Source: Candidatus Altimarinota bacterium
Lineage (GTDB): Bacteria; Patescibacteriota; Gracilibacteria; UBA1369
Assembly: GCA_041659405.1 (NCBI GenBank)
Contig: JBAZYK010000010.1
Location: 41,508 to 73,507, forward strand
Length of the DNA: 32,000 nt
Direction of reading: 5' to 3'
Below are positions 1-9,501 of the stretch, one piece after another. Every line of letters begins with the position of its first letter. Position 1 is the first letter of the stretch. Under the pieces are notes generated by a model, which made no database searches, was not told the DNA's origin, and was given only the letters and a program-made list of their open reading frames with translations. The position numbers were made by a program, and so were the translations under genes.

Positions 1-645
1 GTTAATCCGCTTTATACTGCCGGTCATGCTGCTTTAACGGCTCCTATTGAAACGGTTAAAGGAACTTTTTCGGCAGTTTTGGAAGAGGGGGTTCTTGGGA
101 CTGTGGCCCAGACCGTGGAAGGTACAAAAGAGATAATTATGGGGCCGGGTGAATTGATTTTGGGTGTGCGGGATGGCGTTTGGCGGGCTTTAATCATGGA
201 TGGAATTGTTAATAATATTTTTAAAACGAGTACGTTAAATCCTTTAAATTGGCCAAAAGTGTTGAAAAAACTGGGAGGGAATTTGTTTTTGAATATGCCG
301 AAAGAGGTTATAGTTGGGGCATTAAAAGGCACAAAACGTCTTTTATGGAATGCTCCTAAACATTTGGTTTGGGGGATTCCAACGTCGTTATTGCGTGGTT
401 TAAGTGGAACGGTTGAATCGGTTTTAGGTGGAGCTGCGATTTTAATTGGTGGTGGCTCCGATAAAGGCCTTTCCGGCGTGCTGGTTGAAACCAGGGATGC
501 CTTAAATCGCATTACAAAAGGTTTGGTTCCAAAAACTACGATCATACCAATTGGGGGAGGGTCGGCTTCTGCTGAGCCAGTGCACATGGAGGCTCCTGTT
601 GCGGAAGCGCCTCATGCGGCCATGGTTCCTGCGGCAGCTCATTAA
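1..645 (+). CDS. Hypothetical protein, 5'-truncated by the window edge; Gly/hydrophobic-rich with an Ala/Pro-rich C-terminus
   Basis: Frame 1 is open from base 1 (VNPLYTAGHAALTAPIETVKGTFSAVLEEG...), so the listed TTG start at 79 is probably internal. Ends in TAA at 645. Confidence 0.65.
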   Translation, partial: VNPLYTAGHAALTAPIETVKGTFSAVLEEGVLGTVAQTVEGTKEIIMGPGELILGVRDGVWRALIMDGIVNNIFKTSTLNPLNWPKVLKKLGGNLFLNMPKEVIVGALKGTKRLLWNAPKHLVWGIPTSLLRGLSGTVESVLGGAAILIGGGSDKGLSGVLVETRDALNRITKGLVPKTTIIPIGGGSASAEPVHMEAPVAEAPHAAMVPAAAH

Positions 646-680
646 TTTAAAAATTATAAATTTTATAAAACAAAAACAAT

Positions 681-3542
681 ATGATTAAGCAAAATTCAGT
701 TAAAAAAACTTCCGGCACGCATGAAGTGCCTATTTCTACCGCGAGTGGAGCGAACTCCAATAATTTTTTAGGTGCTATTTGGGGCCAGGGAATCGGCTTT
801 TTGACGATTTTTTCTTTGGCGATTTTGTTCGCTTCTGTGATTGCTGCAACCGCGAACGTGCAGGGAGCTAAGGCGGCGCCAGCGTGTTATCTATTGAAAG
901 GAACAGGACAATCTGTACTTGTTTCCGGTGTGGCAAATTCCGGAGTCTTGAATTTTGGTTTGCCGGCTAATTATCAGGCTTATAATTCTTGTGCGAGTGA
1001 TGCCGGTGGTGGCAATACCAGTTTGCAAGGTTGGGCTTGGAATACCAATTTGGGATGGGTAAGTTTGTATTGTCCCGCAGGCGCGAATCAAATAAATCTT
1101 GGAAGACAATGTTCAAATGCGGCTTATACTGATGGATATGGCGTAACTGTTGATGTAAATGGTGTTTTAGGTGGATATGCCTGGAGTGATAACGCAGGAT
1201 GGATTAGTTTTGATAATGGAGCTTTTAGCAAAGTGAGAGTTGATGTAAATCCAAATAGTAAATGTGTGGGTAAAGTTTATGGATATACTCCTCCAAATGT
1301 GGCTTGTAATCCTAATGGTGGAAATGTTGATCAGGGGCATCAATTTACTTTTGCCTGGAGTGACAGTGTTGGCTGGCTCGATTTTTCAGGTTTAACTTTT
1401 CCGGTTGGAAAACCATTGTCAGCTTCTTTGACGGTGACGGCTGCGGTTTTTAATAAAGGCGATAATATTGATTATGCGGCTTTTTCGAATGCTGTTGATT
1501 TGACGAGTATTACCAAAACAAAGGCGCCGGTTGCAAATGGGCAGGCCGGTTATACTTTGGTTGTTAAAGTGACTAATGATCAAGGGCAAACAGTAGTTGT
1601 TCCAGATGGTTCAATGAAGATTTTAAATGTTTGGAATGATACGGTGAAGAAGATTCAAACTTATGATGGTTCTCCACAGAATTTGGGAGAAGATCAGTGT
1701 TTGGCTGGTTTAGCGGTGACTAAGCCTTGTGTTTATAATTCAATGCAAAAGCAATTTGCCAATCCCTATCCGGGAATTTATCAGGCAAATATTACGTCTG
1801 TAGCGCCTACTTCCAACATGAATGGTTTGGATACTCAGAATAATGGCATTGTTGATTTTCCGTATGAAAGTTTTGTTTTTGGGCCACCTATAACAAAACA
1901 GCCACTTCAGTCGAATGATCTTGTTTTAAAGCAAATTCTGGTGACAATTTCTGATCCAAATACTCCAGGAAAATGTATTTATCCGGATGTTAACTGTTCT
2001 ACTGTCCCGGTGAATGCATCTGATTATACTTTTAAGTTTAAGCCATCTACAGAAATGACAAAGTTGGAAAGTCCCGATAAAGATAAGATAGTTTATTCTA
2101 ACAATGTTCAGCAATTTGGTGCGACTATTACCGATAATTCCGGTGGTACGGATAAGGGGATTGTTAATTTGTATTCGGGAATTGATGCAACGGGGCAGGT
2201 TGTGCCACCTGAAACGGATTTTAGATTTGATAACGATAATGCTCCACAGATGTCGGATGGTGTTATTGATGGTAAAGATTCAGCTGTTTGGAATGATGTT
2301 GGTTTGTTTTTAAATCCAGATACTCAGCCTTTCTTTAGTGCAGGAATGCTTAATCCAGTAGGACCTCTTTCCGGTCTTTATATCTACAGTGTGGTTAGTG
2401 AGCAAGGTGCTCAGGTTCAATACTATTCAAATAAATTGACCCGCAGTGTTGATCTTTGGGGCAATGGCAAATATATTATTCCGCCGGTTGCGGTTTTCCG
2501 TGGAAATGTTTATTCAGGTTCGCTTTCTTCCGGAACTGCCTCAAGCCAGGCACTTCGTTCGATTGGTGATCCAAGTACCAAAAAGTTTAAGGATTCCGTT
2601 GTAAAGAACGTTTATAAGATTATTGGGGGCATTACAACTCCGCCTTTCGGTAATGTGAATTTGAGTTCCGGTTCGACAGGAATTAATGTGAATGGTAGTG
2701 CTGTTAAACTTATGAATGATAATGTTTATTACGCAAAGGGAAATGTTCATATTAGTGGTAATCCATTTAGCTGGACTGGTGAAAAAACGATTATTGTTAT
2801 AGGTGGCAGTGTGTTTATTGATGGCGATCTTAAGCCACAATCAACGAGTAGCAGATTGGGAATAATTGTTTTGAAGGATCAGGCGGCTTCGGTTGCTGAT
2901 CGCGCTAAACAGGGAAATATTTATATCAATAAAAACGTAAAACAAATTTATGCGAATATGGTCGCTGATGGGGCGGTTTTCCCTTATGATGCAGCGGCGG
3001 GCGTTAGCGAAAATGGAGAACCTAACTTTGCGAGTGTGGATGCCAAACGTTTGGCTTTGAATAAACAACAGCTCTTTATGCAGGGAAACATCGTTTCTAT
3101 GAATACGATTGGCGGGGCGGTTTTGAATAATGGAAAATATGTTTTGGGGAATGGGAAAATTTTGGCTCAAGGTGATCAAAATGCTCAATTACGTGCAGAG
3201 CTTTATGATTTGAATTATTTAAGGCAATTTACGGGGTATTTGAATGTTGATCAAAATGGTATGGCTAAAAGTGATCATAATCTTGCTCTAGTTGATGCGA
3301 CTACTTTGTTAAGTTTGAGTAAGATTATTAATCTTCAGGATGGAACTCCAAAAACGAATTATGCTTTATCTTATGGTTACCTTTATGATCCCGTTTTAGC
3401 TCTTCCTGGAATTTATTTCCATGCACCTACTTTAGCGGCAAAAGATTTGGCGGCGACTTATATTTATTTTGATCCGCCAACATCAACATTGCCGGGATTT
3501 GGTGTAAATGGAGCCTCTTTCTTCCAGAATTTGGCACAGTAA
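681..3542 (+). CDS. Large exported/anchored surface protein (953 aa) with an N-terminal hydrophobic segment and repeated W-rich motifs
   Basis: Long ORF. The N-terminal hydrophobic stretch (IWGQGIGFLTIFSLAILFASVIAATANVQGAKA) looks like a signal or TM segment. It is followed by GWAWNTNLGWVSLYC, GGYAWSDNAGWISF and FAWSDSVGWLDF. Confidence 0.85.
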   Translation: MIKQNSVKKTSGTHEVPISTASGANSNNFLGAIWGQGIGFLTIFSLAILFASVIAATANVQGAKAAPACYLLKGTGQSVLVSGVANSGVLNFGLPANYQAYNSCASDAGGGNTSLQGWAWNTNLGWVSLYCPAGANQINLGRQCSNAAYTDGYGVTVDVNGVLGGYAWSDNAGWISFDNGAFSKVRVDVNPNSKCVGKVYGYTPPNVACNPNGGNVDQGHQFTFAWSDSVGWLDFSGLTFPVGKPLSASLTVTAAVFNKGDNIDYAAFSNAVDLTSITKTKAPVANGQAGYTLVVKVTNDQGQTVVVPDGSMKILNVWNDTVKKIQTYDGSPQNLGEDQCLAGLAVTKPCVYNSMQKQFANPYPGIYQANITSVAPTSNMNGLDTQNNGIVDFPYESFVFGPPITKQPLQSNDLVLKQILVTISDPNTPGKCIYPDVNCSTVPVNASDYTFKFKPSTEMTKLESPDKDKIVYSNNVQQFGATITDNSGGTDKGIVNLYSGIDATGQVVPPETDFRFDNDNAPQMSDGVIDGKDSAVWNDVGLFLNPDTQPFFSAGMLNPVGPLSGLYIYSVVSEQGAQVQYYSNKLTRSVDLWGNGKYIIPPVAVFRGNVYSGSLSSGTASSQALRSIGDPSTKKFKDSVVKNVYKIIGGITTPPFGNVNLSSGSTGINVNGSAVKLMNDNVYYAKGNVHISGNPFSWTGEKTIIVIGGSVFIDGDLKPQSTSSRLGIIVLKDQAASVADRAKQGNIYINKNVKQIYANMVADGAVFPYDAAAGVSENGEPNFASVDAKRLALNKQQLFMQGNIVSMNTIGGAVLNNGKYVLGNGKILAQGDQNAQLRAELYDLNYLRQFTGYLNVDQNGMAKSDHNLALVDATTLLSLSKIINLQDGTPKTNYALSYGYLYDPVLALPGIYFHAPTLAAKDLAATYIYFDPPTSTLPGFGVNGASFFQNLAQ

Positions 3543-3617
3543 AAAAGTTCATAATGTCTTGGTGGGAAATTCATACTTTATAAAAAATACTCTGCTGACT
3601 TGGCTGGCAGGGTATTT

Positions 3618-5255
3618 TTATTTTCTGGCTTTTTCGGTTACGCGGTATTCAAGATATTTGCCGAACATTAGGCGGGTTTGGGCGTCCAAGGCGGGGATCG
3701 CACTTAAAATAATGCTTACTACAGGCACTAAAAGCCATTGAATAATCAGGGAGATTTTTCCAAATAAGCTGCGTTTTGTATTTTCCGGAATCAAAACCAG
3801 ACTGATGATGGCGCAGACAATAATACCGCCTGAACTGAAAGTGAGGATGCTGCTCATGATTTTTGGCAGGTTGTAGGCGAGCACGGTGTCGCGGAAACTT
3901 GGGTTTACCATGCCGGGAAGAAAGCCCATGAACGTAATTAAAATCGGGCCGGTTGCCCAGAAGAAGCTGTTTTTTAGGAATTCATAAATGCGATAAATTT
4001 TGTCGTATAAACTTATGCGCGGGTGTTTCCAAAGGTTGATAGCCATAAATGGGAAGTCGCAAACGCCCCAGGCCCAACGCCTTAATTGATTATATTGGCT
4101 TTTGAAGGTTTTAATGTAGGTTTCGGAAAGAACCGCGTCCATGTAAATCGGACAGTAAATAGGCACAAGTTTGTGGCGTCCATCATAAATTAAATAGGCC
4201 GACCAGTATTGGCGTGAGTCTTCGGGAATAACGGAAGGATCCCAATAATCCACATCGACAACTGTTTTAAAACTTAGCGCTCGGCTGGAAAAACTTTTGT
4301 ATTTGTCCTGTTCCATACTTTCGGCCATGCGCCAAAAAGTGCATGAAAGAGCCACCATGCGGATCATCATGGGCACATCCCAAATATTATTATGGAACAT
4401 GTGTGTTGGCTGATAAGCCATTTCCGTGCGATCTAAGGTCGTTAAATATTTGAAGGTGAGTTCGGAAAAATATTTTGGGTTCACGACCGTATCCGCATCA
4501 AAATTGGAAATTATTACGTTTTCGTAAGGAATATTTTTTTCGTCGAGGTGTTTTTTGAGTTGTTTGGCGGCATGTGTGGCATTGGCGCTTTTGCCTTTTA
4601 TTTCTCCGGGGAGATTTTTTGGATGAATGGTGGTAATAAATTTATGGAATTTATCGCCAAATTCTTTTTCGAGTTTGTGGCTTATAGCCAGGGCATTTTC
4701 CTTGTCGGCTTCTTCAACGGCAAAAACAAAAATAATTCCGGAAGGATCATATTCACTTAAAGTGTAAGATTTAATTGATTCTCTGACGATTTGGTAGGAT
4801 TCTTTGTAGGTTACAAAAATAATCGCGTGGATAATATCTTTGGATTTTTTATATTGTTGTTTTTGTTTGAGAAGGTTGATTTTTGCCTTTAAATCCCTGT
4901 AAAAATGGATGGTGGCTTTTTTCTTTTTGGGATTTTTTTCCTGGATTCTTTTGATTTCATAATCGATTTTTTCGGGATGATCAAGCAGAATTGTTAATTT
5001 TTCCCAGTCGGTTTTGAGAGCTTCTTTGACCAGATTGAATGAACGATAAAGATTGATGGACAGCTTGATGGAGCGGAAAAGCCAAGTGATTGTGTAAACG
5101 ATAATAAAACTTGCGGCTACGGCCGGGAAAAAAGCTGAGAAAATGATCGGGAAAAAAATTCCGGTCCAGGTGAGTGCGCCGGGCACTACTTCAAGCACTC
5201 TCCACAGTGGATGTTTTTTGATTAGGGTCAAATTTTGAGTGGTGGCGGTGGGCAT
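3618..5255 (-). CDS. Membrane-associated family 2-like glycosyltransferase
   Basis: 545 aa. Two hydrophobic N-terminal segments, NFDADT (DxD-type motif), QLRRW (QxxRW-like motif), and hydrophobic C-terminal segments. Confidence 0.8.
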   Translation of the reverse strand: MPTATTQNLTLIKKHPLWRVLEVVPGALTWTGIFFPIIFSAFFPAVAASFIIVYTITWLFRSIKLSINLYRSFNLVKEALKTDWEKLTILLDHPEKIDYEIKRIQEKNPKKKKATIHFYRDLKAKINLLKQKQQYKKSKDIIHAIIFVTYKESYQIVRESIKSYTLSEYDPSGIIFVFAVEEADKENALAISHKLEKEFGDKFHKFITTIHPKNLPGEIKGKSANATHAAKQLKKHLDEKNIPYENVIISNFDADTVVNPKYFSELTFKYLTTLDRTEMAYQPTHMFHNNIWDVPMMIRMVALSCTFWRMAESMEQDKYKSFSSRALSFKTVVDVDYWDPSVIPEDSRQYWSAYLIYDGRHKLVPIYCPIYMDAVLSETYIKTFKSQYNQLRRWAWGVCDFPFMAINLWKHPRISLYDKIYRIYEFLKNSFFWATGPILITFMGFLPGMVNPSFRDTVLAYNLPKIMSSILTFSSGGIIVCAIISLVLIPENTKRSLFGKISLIIQWLLVPVVSIILSAIPALDAQTRLMFGKYLEYRVTEKARK

Positions 5256-5319
5256 GGGAGAGAGCGATTTTTGCGGTTACACGGGGTCAAAGTTGTGCTT
5301 ACAATTTCAAAGTTTGCGG

Positions 5320-6816
5320 TTATGTTGTTTTGTGCCAGGAAAGATCTACTTCGGGATATTTTTTGAGTTCTTCAACCATGATGTTTTGGATTTGGGCGAG
5401 CTTTTCGGCGGTTTCGGCTTCAAAACGAAGAGTTAAATTTGGGCTTGTGTTAGAGCAGCGGATGGCTCCCCAGGCAAGGGTGTCAAAATTAATACGAACA
5501 CCGTCGATGGTGATGCAGTCATATAATTTTGTGAAATGGTCGGTGACTTTTTTGACGATTTCGAATTTGAGATTGTCGGGGCAGTGAGCCTTAAATTCAG
5601 GAGTTGTGAAAAGTGTTGGAAGTCCGTTGAATTGTTCCGAAAAAGATTTTTGTGTTTTTGATAAAATTTCCAGCAATTTGCATGCGGCAAAGAAAGCGTC
5701 ATCGAAGCCGTAATAATCATAATAGGTTTTTCCAAAAAACATGTGGCCGCTGATTTCTCCGCCGAGTGGAGCGTTTAATTCGTGCATGCGGGCTTCAATA
5801 AAAGAGTGGCCGGTTTTGCTCATGACAGGAGTGCCACCTAATCGAGTGATTTCATCAATCAAAATTTTGGAAACTTTTACATCAAAAACAATTTGTTTGG
5901 CTGAGTTTGATGCGAGATTGTTGTTGGGTGTTGTGTCGGAAGCAGATGCCTTTGCAACCTTCGCGCTGTTCACGTTTTCCAATAAATCACGAACGAGGAG
6001 AAGTAATAAATAATCTGCGGAATAATGTTTGCCGTTTTCATCGACTATTCCAACGCGATCGCCATCACCATCAAATCCAATTCCCAAATCTGCTTTGTTG
6101 ATTCTGACTTGTTCTGCCAAGTCCAGCATGTTTTTTTCTTCTTCGGGATTTGCTTCGTGGTGAGGAAAGTTCCCGTCCAAATCGCAATAAAGTTCAATTA
6201 CTTTGCAACCAATGGCTCGCAAAAGTTTGGGAGCGAAGGGCCCTGTGACGCCATTTCCCGCATCTACAACCACTTTTAAAGGTTTAGCGAGTTTGATGCG
6301 TGCTTGAATGTCTTTTAAATAATCATCAAAATTGTCGGATTTGGTGGTGTGCTCGGCCTGTTGCTCATCCTGTCGTTCAAAATCATTCGCTAAAATCAAT
6401 TTTACAATTTCCTGCAACTCATCTCCACAAACAGAGTGCGCGTTTTTGCCGACAATTTTTACGCCATTATATTCCTTGGGATTATGGCTTGCGGTAATGT
6501 TTACGCCGCTGTCCATGCCATAACGACAAACCGCATAATAAATTAGCGGAGAGGTGGAAATTCCCACATCAACAACATCAATTCCGGTGGAAAGCACACC
6601 TTCAATAAAGGCTTTTTGCAAATCGGGGCTGTGCAAGCGGTTATCGCGGCCAACCATCATATTGCGCGTGCCGTATTTGCGCTTCATATATGTTCCTGTG
6701 CCCTGGCCGATCAGTTTGACTGTTTCCGGTGTTAAGTCAGCTATTTCGCCAGCTTCGGGAATGGCAATTCCGCGGATGTCGTATGCACGAAAAATGAGGG
6801 GATTGATAGTTGTCAT
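5320..6816 (-). CDS. Phosphomannomutase/phosphoglucomutase
   Basis: 498 aa. FRAYDIRG N-terminus, GRDNR, phosphoserine loop TASHNP, metal-binding GFDGDGDRVG, and GGEISGH sugar-binding loop. Confidence 0.95.
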   Translation of the reverse strand: MTTINPLIFRAYDIRGIAIPEAGEIADLTPETVKLIGQGTGTYMKRKYGTRNMMVGRDNRLHSPDLQKAFIEGVLSTGIDVVDVGISTSPLIYYAVCRYGMDSGVNITASHNPKEYNGVKIVGKNAHSVCGDELQEIVKLILANDFERQDEQQAEHTTKSDNFDDYLKDIQARIKLAKPLKVVVDAGNGVTGPFAPKLLRAIGCKVIELYCDLDGNFPHHEANPEEEKNMLDLAEQVRINKADLGIGFDGDGDRVGIVDENGKHYSADYLLLLLVRDLLENVNSAKVAKASASDTTPNNNLASNSAKQIVFDVKVSKILIDEITRLGGTPVMSKTGHSFIEARMHELNAPLGGEISGHMFFGKTYYDYYGFDDAFFAACKLLEILSKTQKSFSEQFNGLPTLFTTPEFKAHCPDNLKFEIVKKVTDHFTKLYDCITIDGVRINFDTLAWGAIRCSNTSPNLTLRFEAETAEKLAQIQNIMVEELKKYPEVDLSWHKTT

Positions 6817-6823
6817 TATTCAA

Positions 6824-6880
6824 AAAATGAGAGTTTAAAACGGGTATCACCGGTGTGACCCCGGTAAGCCCGCTCATTTT
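6824..6880. promoter_or_regulatory. Nested inverted-repeat structure (possible terminator or 5'-leader structure)
   Basis: AAAATGAG(6824-6831)...CGGG(6841-6844)...ACCGG(6849-6853)...CCGGT(6861-6865)...CCCG(6869-6872)CTCATTTT(6873-6880). Read on the minus strand, the outer stem ends in a T-run, CTCATTTTTT. Confidence 0.55.
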
Positions 6881-6941
6881 AGACTAAAGTGGCTTTGGAC
6901 TCAACTGTACTCATGTTGACTCTTAGATTGCCCAATAAATT

Positions 6942-7520
6942 TCATTTTTCGGATTCCTGGATATTTTTTAGGCGATTGGTTGCCTTCCAACTTTGAAGAA
7001 GTTTGGTGACGGATTTTGGCACAAGCTGTTCCCATTTTTGAGCGTTGGCTGAAGGGTCGTTTTTTGAATTGGATTTTGAGCCGGAGAGTGCGGATTTGAG
7101 CATTTCTTCACGCACAATTGTGCTGGAAATTTTGAGATGTTTTTTAATGTCGATGATTTGATATGGCTTTTTAAGCTGTAGATTGGCGTTTTCAAAAAGT
7201 TCCTTAACCACATCGGAACCGGTGTAGATTTTTTGGAATGGTGGTAAATAAAGTTGAACATGCGCAACCCAAAGTGCGTAATTATCAATATTTGGAATTG
7301 TAACAATGTTGTATTTGGAGCGGGGGATTTTGGCTTCTTCAAGAGCAGCTTCCAACATTTGAAAACGTTCGCCGGCTGTGAATGGATTGTTTGGACGAAA
7401 ATTATTTTGAGTGCTGCCGATGGCGATGTAAAGAAAATCGCTTTCTTTGAGCGCTTGTTTTATGGCATCTATATGACCTAAATGAACTGGTTGAAAGCGG
7501 CCGATGAAGAGTGATTTCAT
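6942..7520 (-). CDS. nadM: Nicotinamide-nucleotide adenylyltransferase, archaeal NadM-like
   Basis: 192 aa. GRFQPVHLGHIDAI (HxGH nucleotidyltransferase motif), NPFTAGERFQML, and a C-terminal ISSTIVREEM signature. Confidence 0.8.
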   Translation of the reverse strand: MKSLFIGRFQPVHLGHIDAIKQALKESDFLYIAIGSTQNNFRPNNPFTAGERFQMLEAALEEAKIPRSKYNIVTIPNIDNYALWVAHVQLYLPPFQKIYTGSDVVKELFENANLQLKKPYQIIDIKKHLKISSTIVREEMLKSALSGSKSNSKNDPSANAQKWEQLVPKSVTKLLQSWKATNRLKNIQESEK

Positions 7521-7531
7521 TTTAATTAGTT

Positions 7532-8347
7532 TTACAGAAGTGACGTTTGATTTTCCGGTACCTCTTCAAATTTTTGGGTTTCTCCTTTTCCAATTTTAAT
7601 GATCGGTGGCATTTCCGATTTGTGTTTGTTGGCTTTAACTCGGCGAATAACGGAATGGACGAGCAGGGGATTCATGCCTTTTTGAATCAGGTCTTCTTCA
7701 CTGAAATTTGCTTTTTCCAGATCGATTTTTTTAAGAATTGGATCGAGTTCGCTGTATTTTGCGCCAAGTTCCACTTCATCGGTTTGGCCGGAAAAAAGTT
7801 CGGCAGTTGGTGCTTTTTCAATGATTTCTTTAGGCAATCCCACAAAATCGGCAAGGGCAAAAACTTCTTCTTTTAAAAGATCACCAATAACTTCCAAATC
7901 GGCAGCCAGATCGCCATATTTTGTGCCGTAGCCAAGTAAAATTTCGCTTTTATTGGAGGTTCCAAGTACTAAAGCTTCGGTAGTATTGGCGTAGTTGTAG
8001 AGCAAAACGGCGCGGATGCGGGCTTTGGTGTTTTGTTGGGCCAGTTTGCTTGGCTTCCATGGTAATCGCGCAAAATCGATCAAAAATGGATTGATTGGTT
8101 GCGAGAAAAACGTTACTTCAAGCGCTTCACATAATTTGTACGCGTGTTCAATGTTGATTTGTGCGGAAACGCCAAGTTCGGGCATGGAAAGAGCGGTGAC
8201 TTTTTCCGGTCCAAGCGCGTCTACGGCAAGCTTTAAGGTAAGCGCGGAATCGATCCCTCCACTTATACCAATTACAACGTGTGAAAGGCCGGTTTTAGCG
8301 AAATATTCCTGAATTCCTTTGATGAGTTGTTGATAAATTTGTTCCAT
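7532..8347 (-). CDS. nadE: NH3-dependent NAD+ synthetase
   Basis: 271 aa. PP-loop GISGGIDSALTLKL, LGTSNKSEILLGYGTKYGDLAADLEVIGDLLK, and PTAELFSGQTDEVELG. No glutaminase domain. Confidence 0.95.
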   Translation of the reverse strand: MEQIYQQLIKGIQEYFAKTGLSHVVIGISGGIDSALTLKLAVDALGPEKVTALSMPELGVSAQINIEHAYKLCEALEVTFFSQPINPFLIDFARLPWKPSKLAQQNTKARIRAVLLYNYANTTEALVLGTSNKSEILLGYGTKYGDLAADLEVIGDLLKEEVFALADFVGLPKEIIEKAPTAELFSGQTDEVELGAKYSELDPILKKIDLEKANFSEEDLIQKGMNPLLVHSVIRRVKANKHKSEMPPIIKIGKGETQKFEEVPENQTSLL

Positions 8348-8390
8348 GAAATCGAGTCGTTACTGGATATTTTCTTCGGGAATGCTAACC

Positions 8391-8738
8391 TTATGAAAGT
8401 GCTTTTTTGATGGTGAATGCGCAAATAACTATTCCGGCAAGAATAAAAAGTGCAGGAACTACGAATACAACCCAATAAGTGGAAATATTGTCGGCTGTAA
8501 GGGTTGCCGGTTTTTTATTGTAACTGATTTCGACTTTACCTTCTTTGATGAGTGGCCCCAAAATTGCGTAGGCCATAATTATTCCAAAAACCAGGAAGGC
8601 AAGCCCCAAAAGCATTGGCAGAATAACGCTGACGGCAAAAGAGTAGATTTTATCGATGCTGTCTAAAGCTGATCCGGATTTGTCTTTTAAAGACTCTAGG
8701 GCATTTTTGGTGGAAGAAGGGAGGTCGTTTTTATCCAT
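8391..8738 (-). CDS. Small membrane protein with two predicted TM segments, function unknown
   Basis: 115 aa. Hydrophobic stretches VSVILPMLLGLAFLVFGIIMAYAIL and YWVVFVVPALFILAGIVICAF. Confidence 0.7.
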   Translation of the reverse strand: MDKNDLPSSTKNALESLKDKSGSALDSIDKIYSFAVSVILPMLLGLAFLVFGIIMAYAILGPLIKEGKVEISYNKKPATLTADNISTYWVVFVVPALFILAGIVICAFTIKKALS

Positions 8739-8758
8739 GCCGGATGGGGGTTAGTTTG

Positions 8759-9268
8759 TTAATATTTTTTTAATGCTCTACTGATTTCCAGATTTTGGGC
8801 TTTCTTTTTTAATTCGTTGCGGCGGTCATGTTTTTTCTTGGATTGGCAGATGCCCAGCTGCATCTTAATGTGGTTGTGGCTTAAATGAAAGTCCAAGGGC
8901 ACAATGGTTGTTCCCTTAGTATCCAGGTGATTTTTTAGTTTGAGGATTTCTTTGTGATGAAGCAGCAACTTTCGTTTTTGAGTTGGACTGTAGCCGAGTT
9001 GTGGAGCTTGTTTGTACGGTGAAATGTGCACATTGCGGACAAGGGCTTCCAGCGTGATTGCCGAGGGCGCGTTTTTGTTGATGTTTTTCGTGTTTTTATG
9101 ATGTGCTGTAACTTCAACAAAACTGCCTTTTAAATTGGCATGACTGGCGCGAACGGATTTAACTTCCGCACCGGACAAAACAATTCCGGCCTCGAATTTT
9201 TCAAGAATTTCATATTCGGCAAAGGCCTTTTTGTTCTGCGCTAAAATTGAGTTTTTACCTTTTTCCAT
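8759..9268 (-). CDS. smpB: SsrA-binding protein SmpB, with an extra inserted loop
   Basis: 169 aa. NKKAFAEYEILEKFEAGIVLSGAEVKSVR, HISPYKQ, RKLLLHHKEI, and KKKHDRRNELKKKAQNLEISRALK. Confidence 0.95.
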   Translation of the reverse strand: MEKGKNSILAQNKKAFAEYEILEKFEAGIVLSGAEVKSVRASHANLKGSFVEVTAHHKNTKNINKNAPSAITLEALVRNVHISPYKQAPQLGYSPTQKRKLLLHHKEILKLKNHLDTKGTTIVPLDFHLSHNHIKMQLGICQSKKKHDRRNELKKKAQNLEISRALKKY

Positions 9269-9472
9269 TAGGGTTTTTTATGCTTTGAGCGTGGGTATTA
9301 TAGTGGAGATGGTTTTTAGAGGATAGTTTGACATATCTTGATTTTTATTATATTACGGTGTCCCTTAATGAAAGATGGGCAAAACCCACGATTATTTGTG
9401 GTGGATTGGGAGGAGGGCGAAATGGATGGTAATAAAGTTTAGAAATTTTTTATGTTTTTGTAATCTCGTTGC

Positions 9473-9498
9473 GGTACATTAATCAAAAATAATGTACC
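9473..9498. promoter_or_regulatory. Perfect 9-bp inverted repeat immediately upstream of the 9502 start codon
   Basis: GGTACATTA-atcaaaaa-TAATGTACC, ending 3 nt before ATG at 9502. Confidence 0.7.
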
Positions 9499-9501
9499 AA
9501 T

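Noticed and set aside
24-587. 187-aa minus-strand ORF opposite the first gene
   Set aside because: It lies antisense to a continuous plus-strand ORF open from base 1. Its sequence has shadow-ORF character with no recognisable motif.
891-3188. Several 62-115 aa ORFs opposite or inside the 681-3542 gene
   Set aside because: All are nested in a strong 953-aa ORF and lack domain signals.
3508-3741. 77-aa plus-strand ORF
   Set aside because: It overlaps the ends of the surface protein and the glycosyltransferase gene. Its sequence is the antisense of glycosyltransferase C-terminal codons.
6895-6930. Imperfect inverted repeat GACTCAAC...GTTGACTC
   Set aside because: The arms mismatch internally (GTTGAGT versus GTTGACT) and it lacks context. 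It is not above what I would expect by chance.
9368-9442. 24-aa ORF MKDGQNPRLFVVDWEEGEMDGNKV
   Set aside because: Too short, with no convincing ribosome-binding site. Only conservation or ribosome profiling could support it.
9269-9501. tmRNA (ssrA) beside smpB
   Set aside because: I could not find a tRNA-like 3' end, TTCGAATC-like arm or Ala-rich tag ORF. The gap is short and AT-rich.
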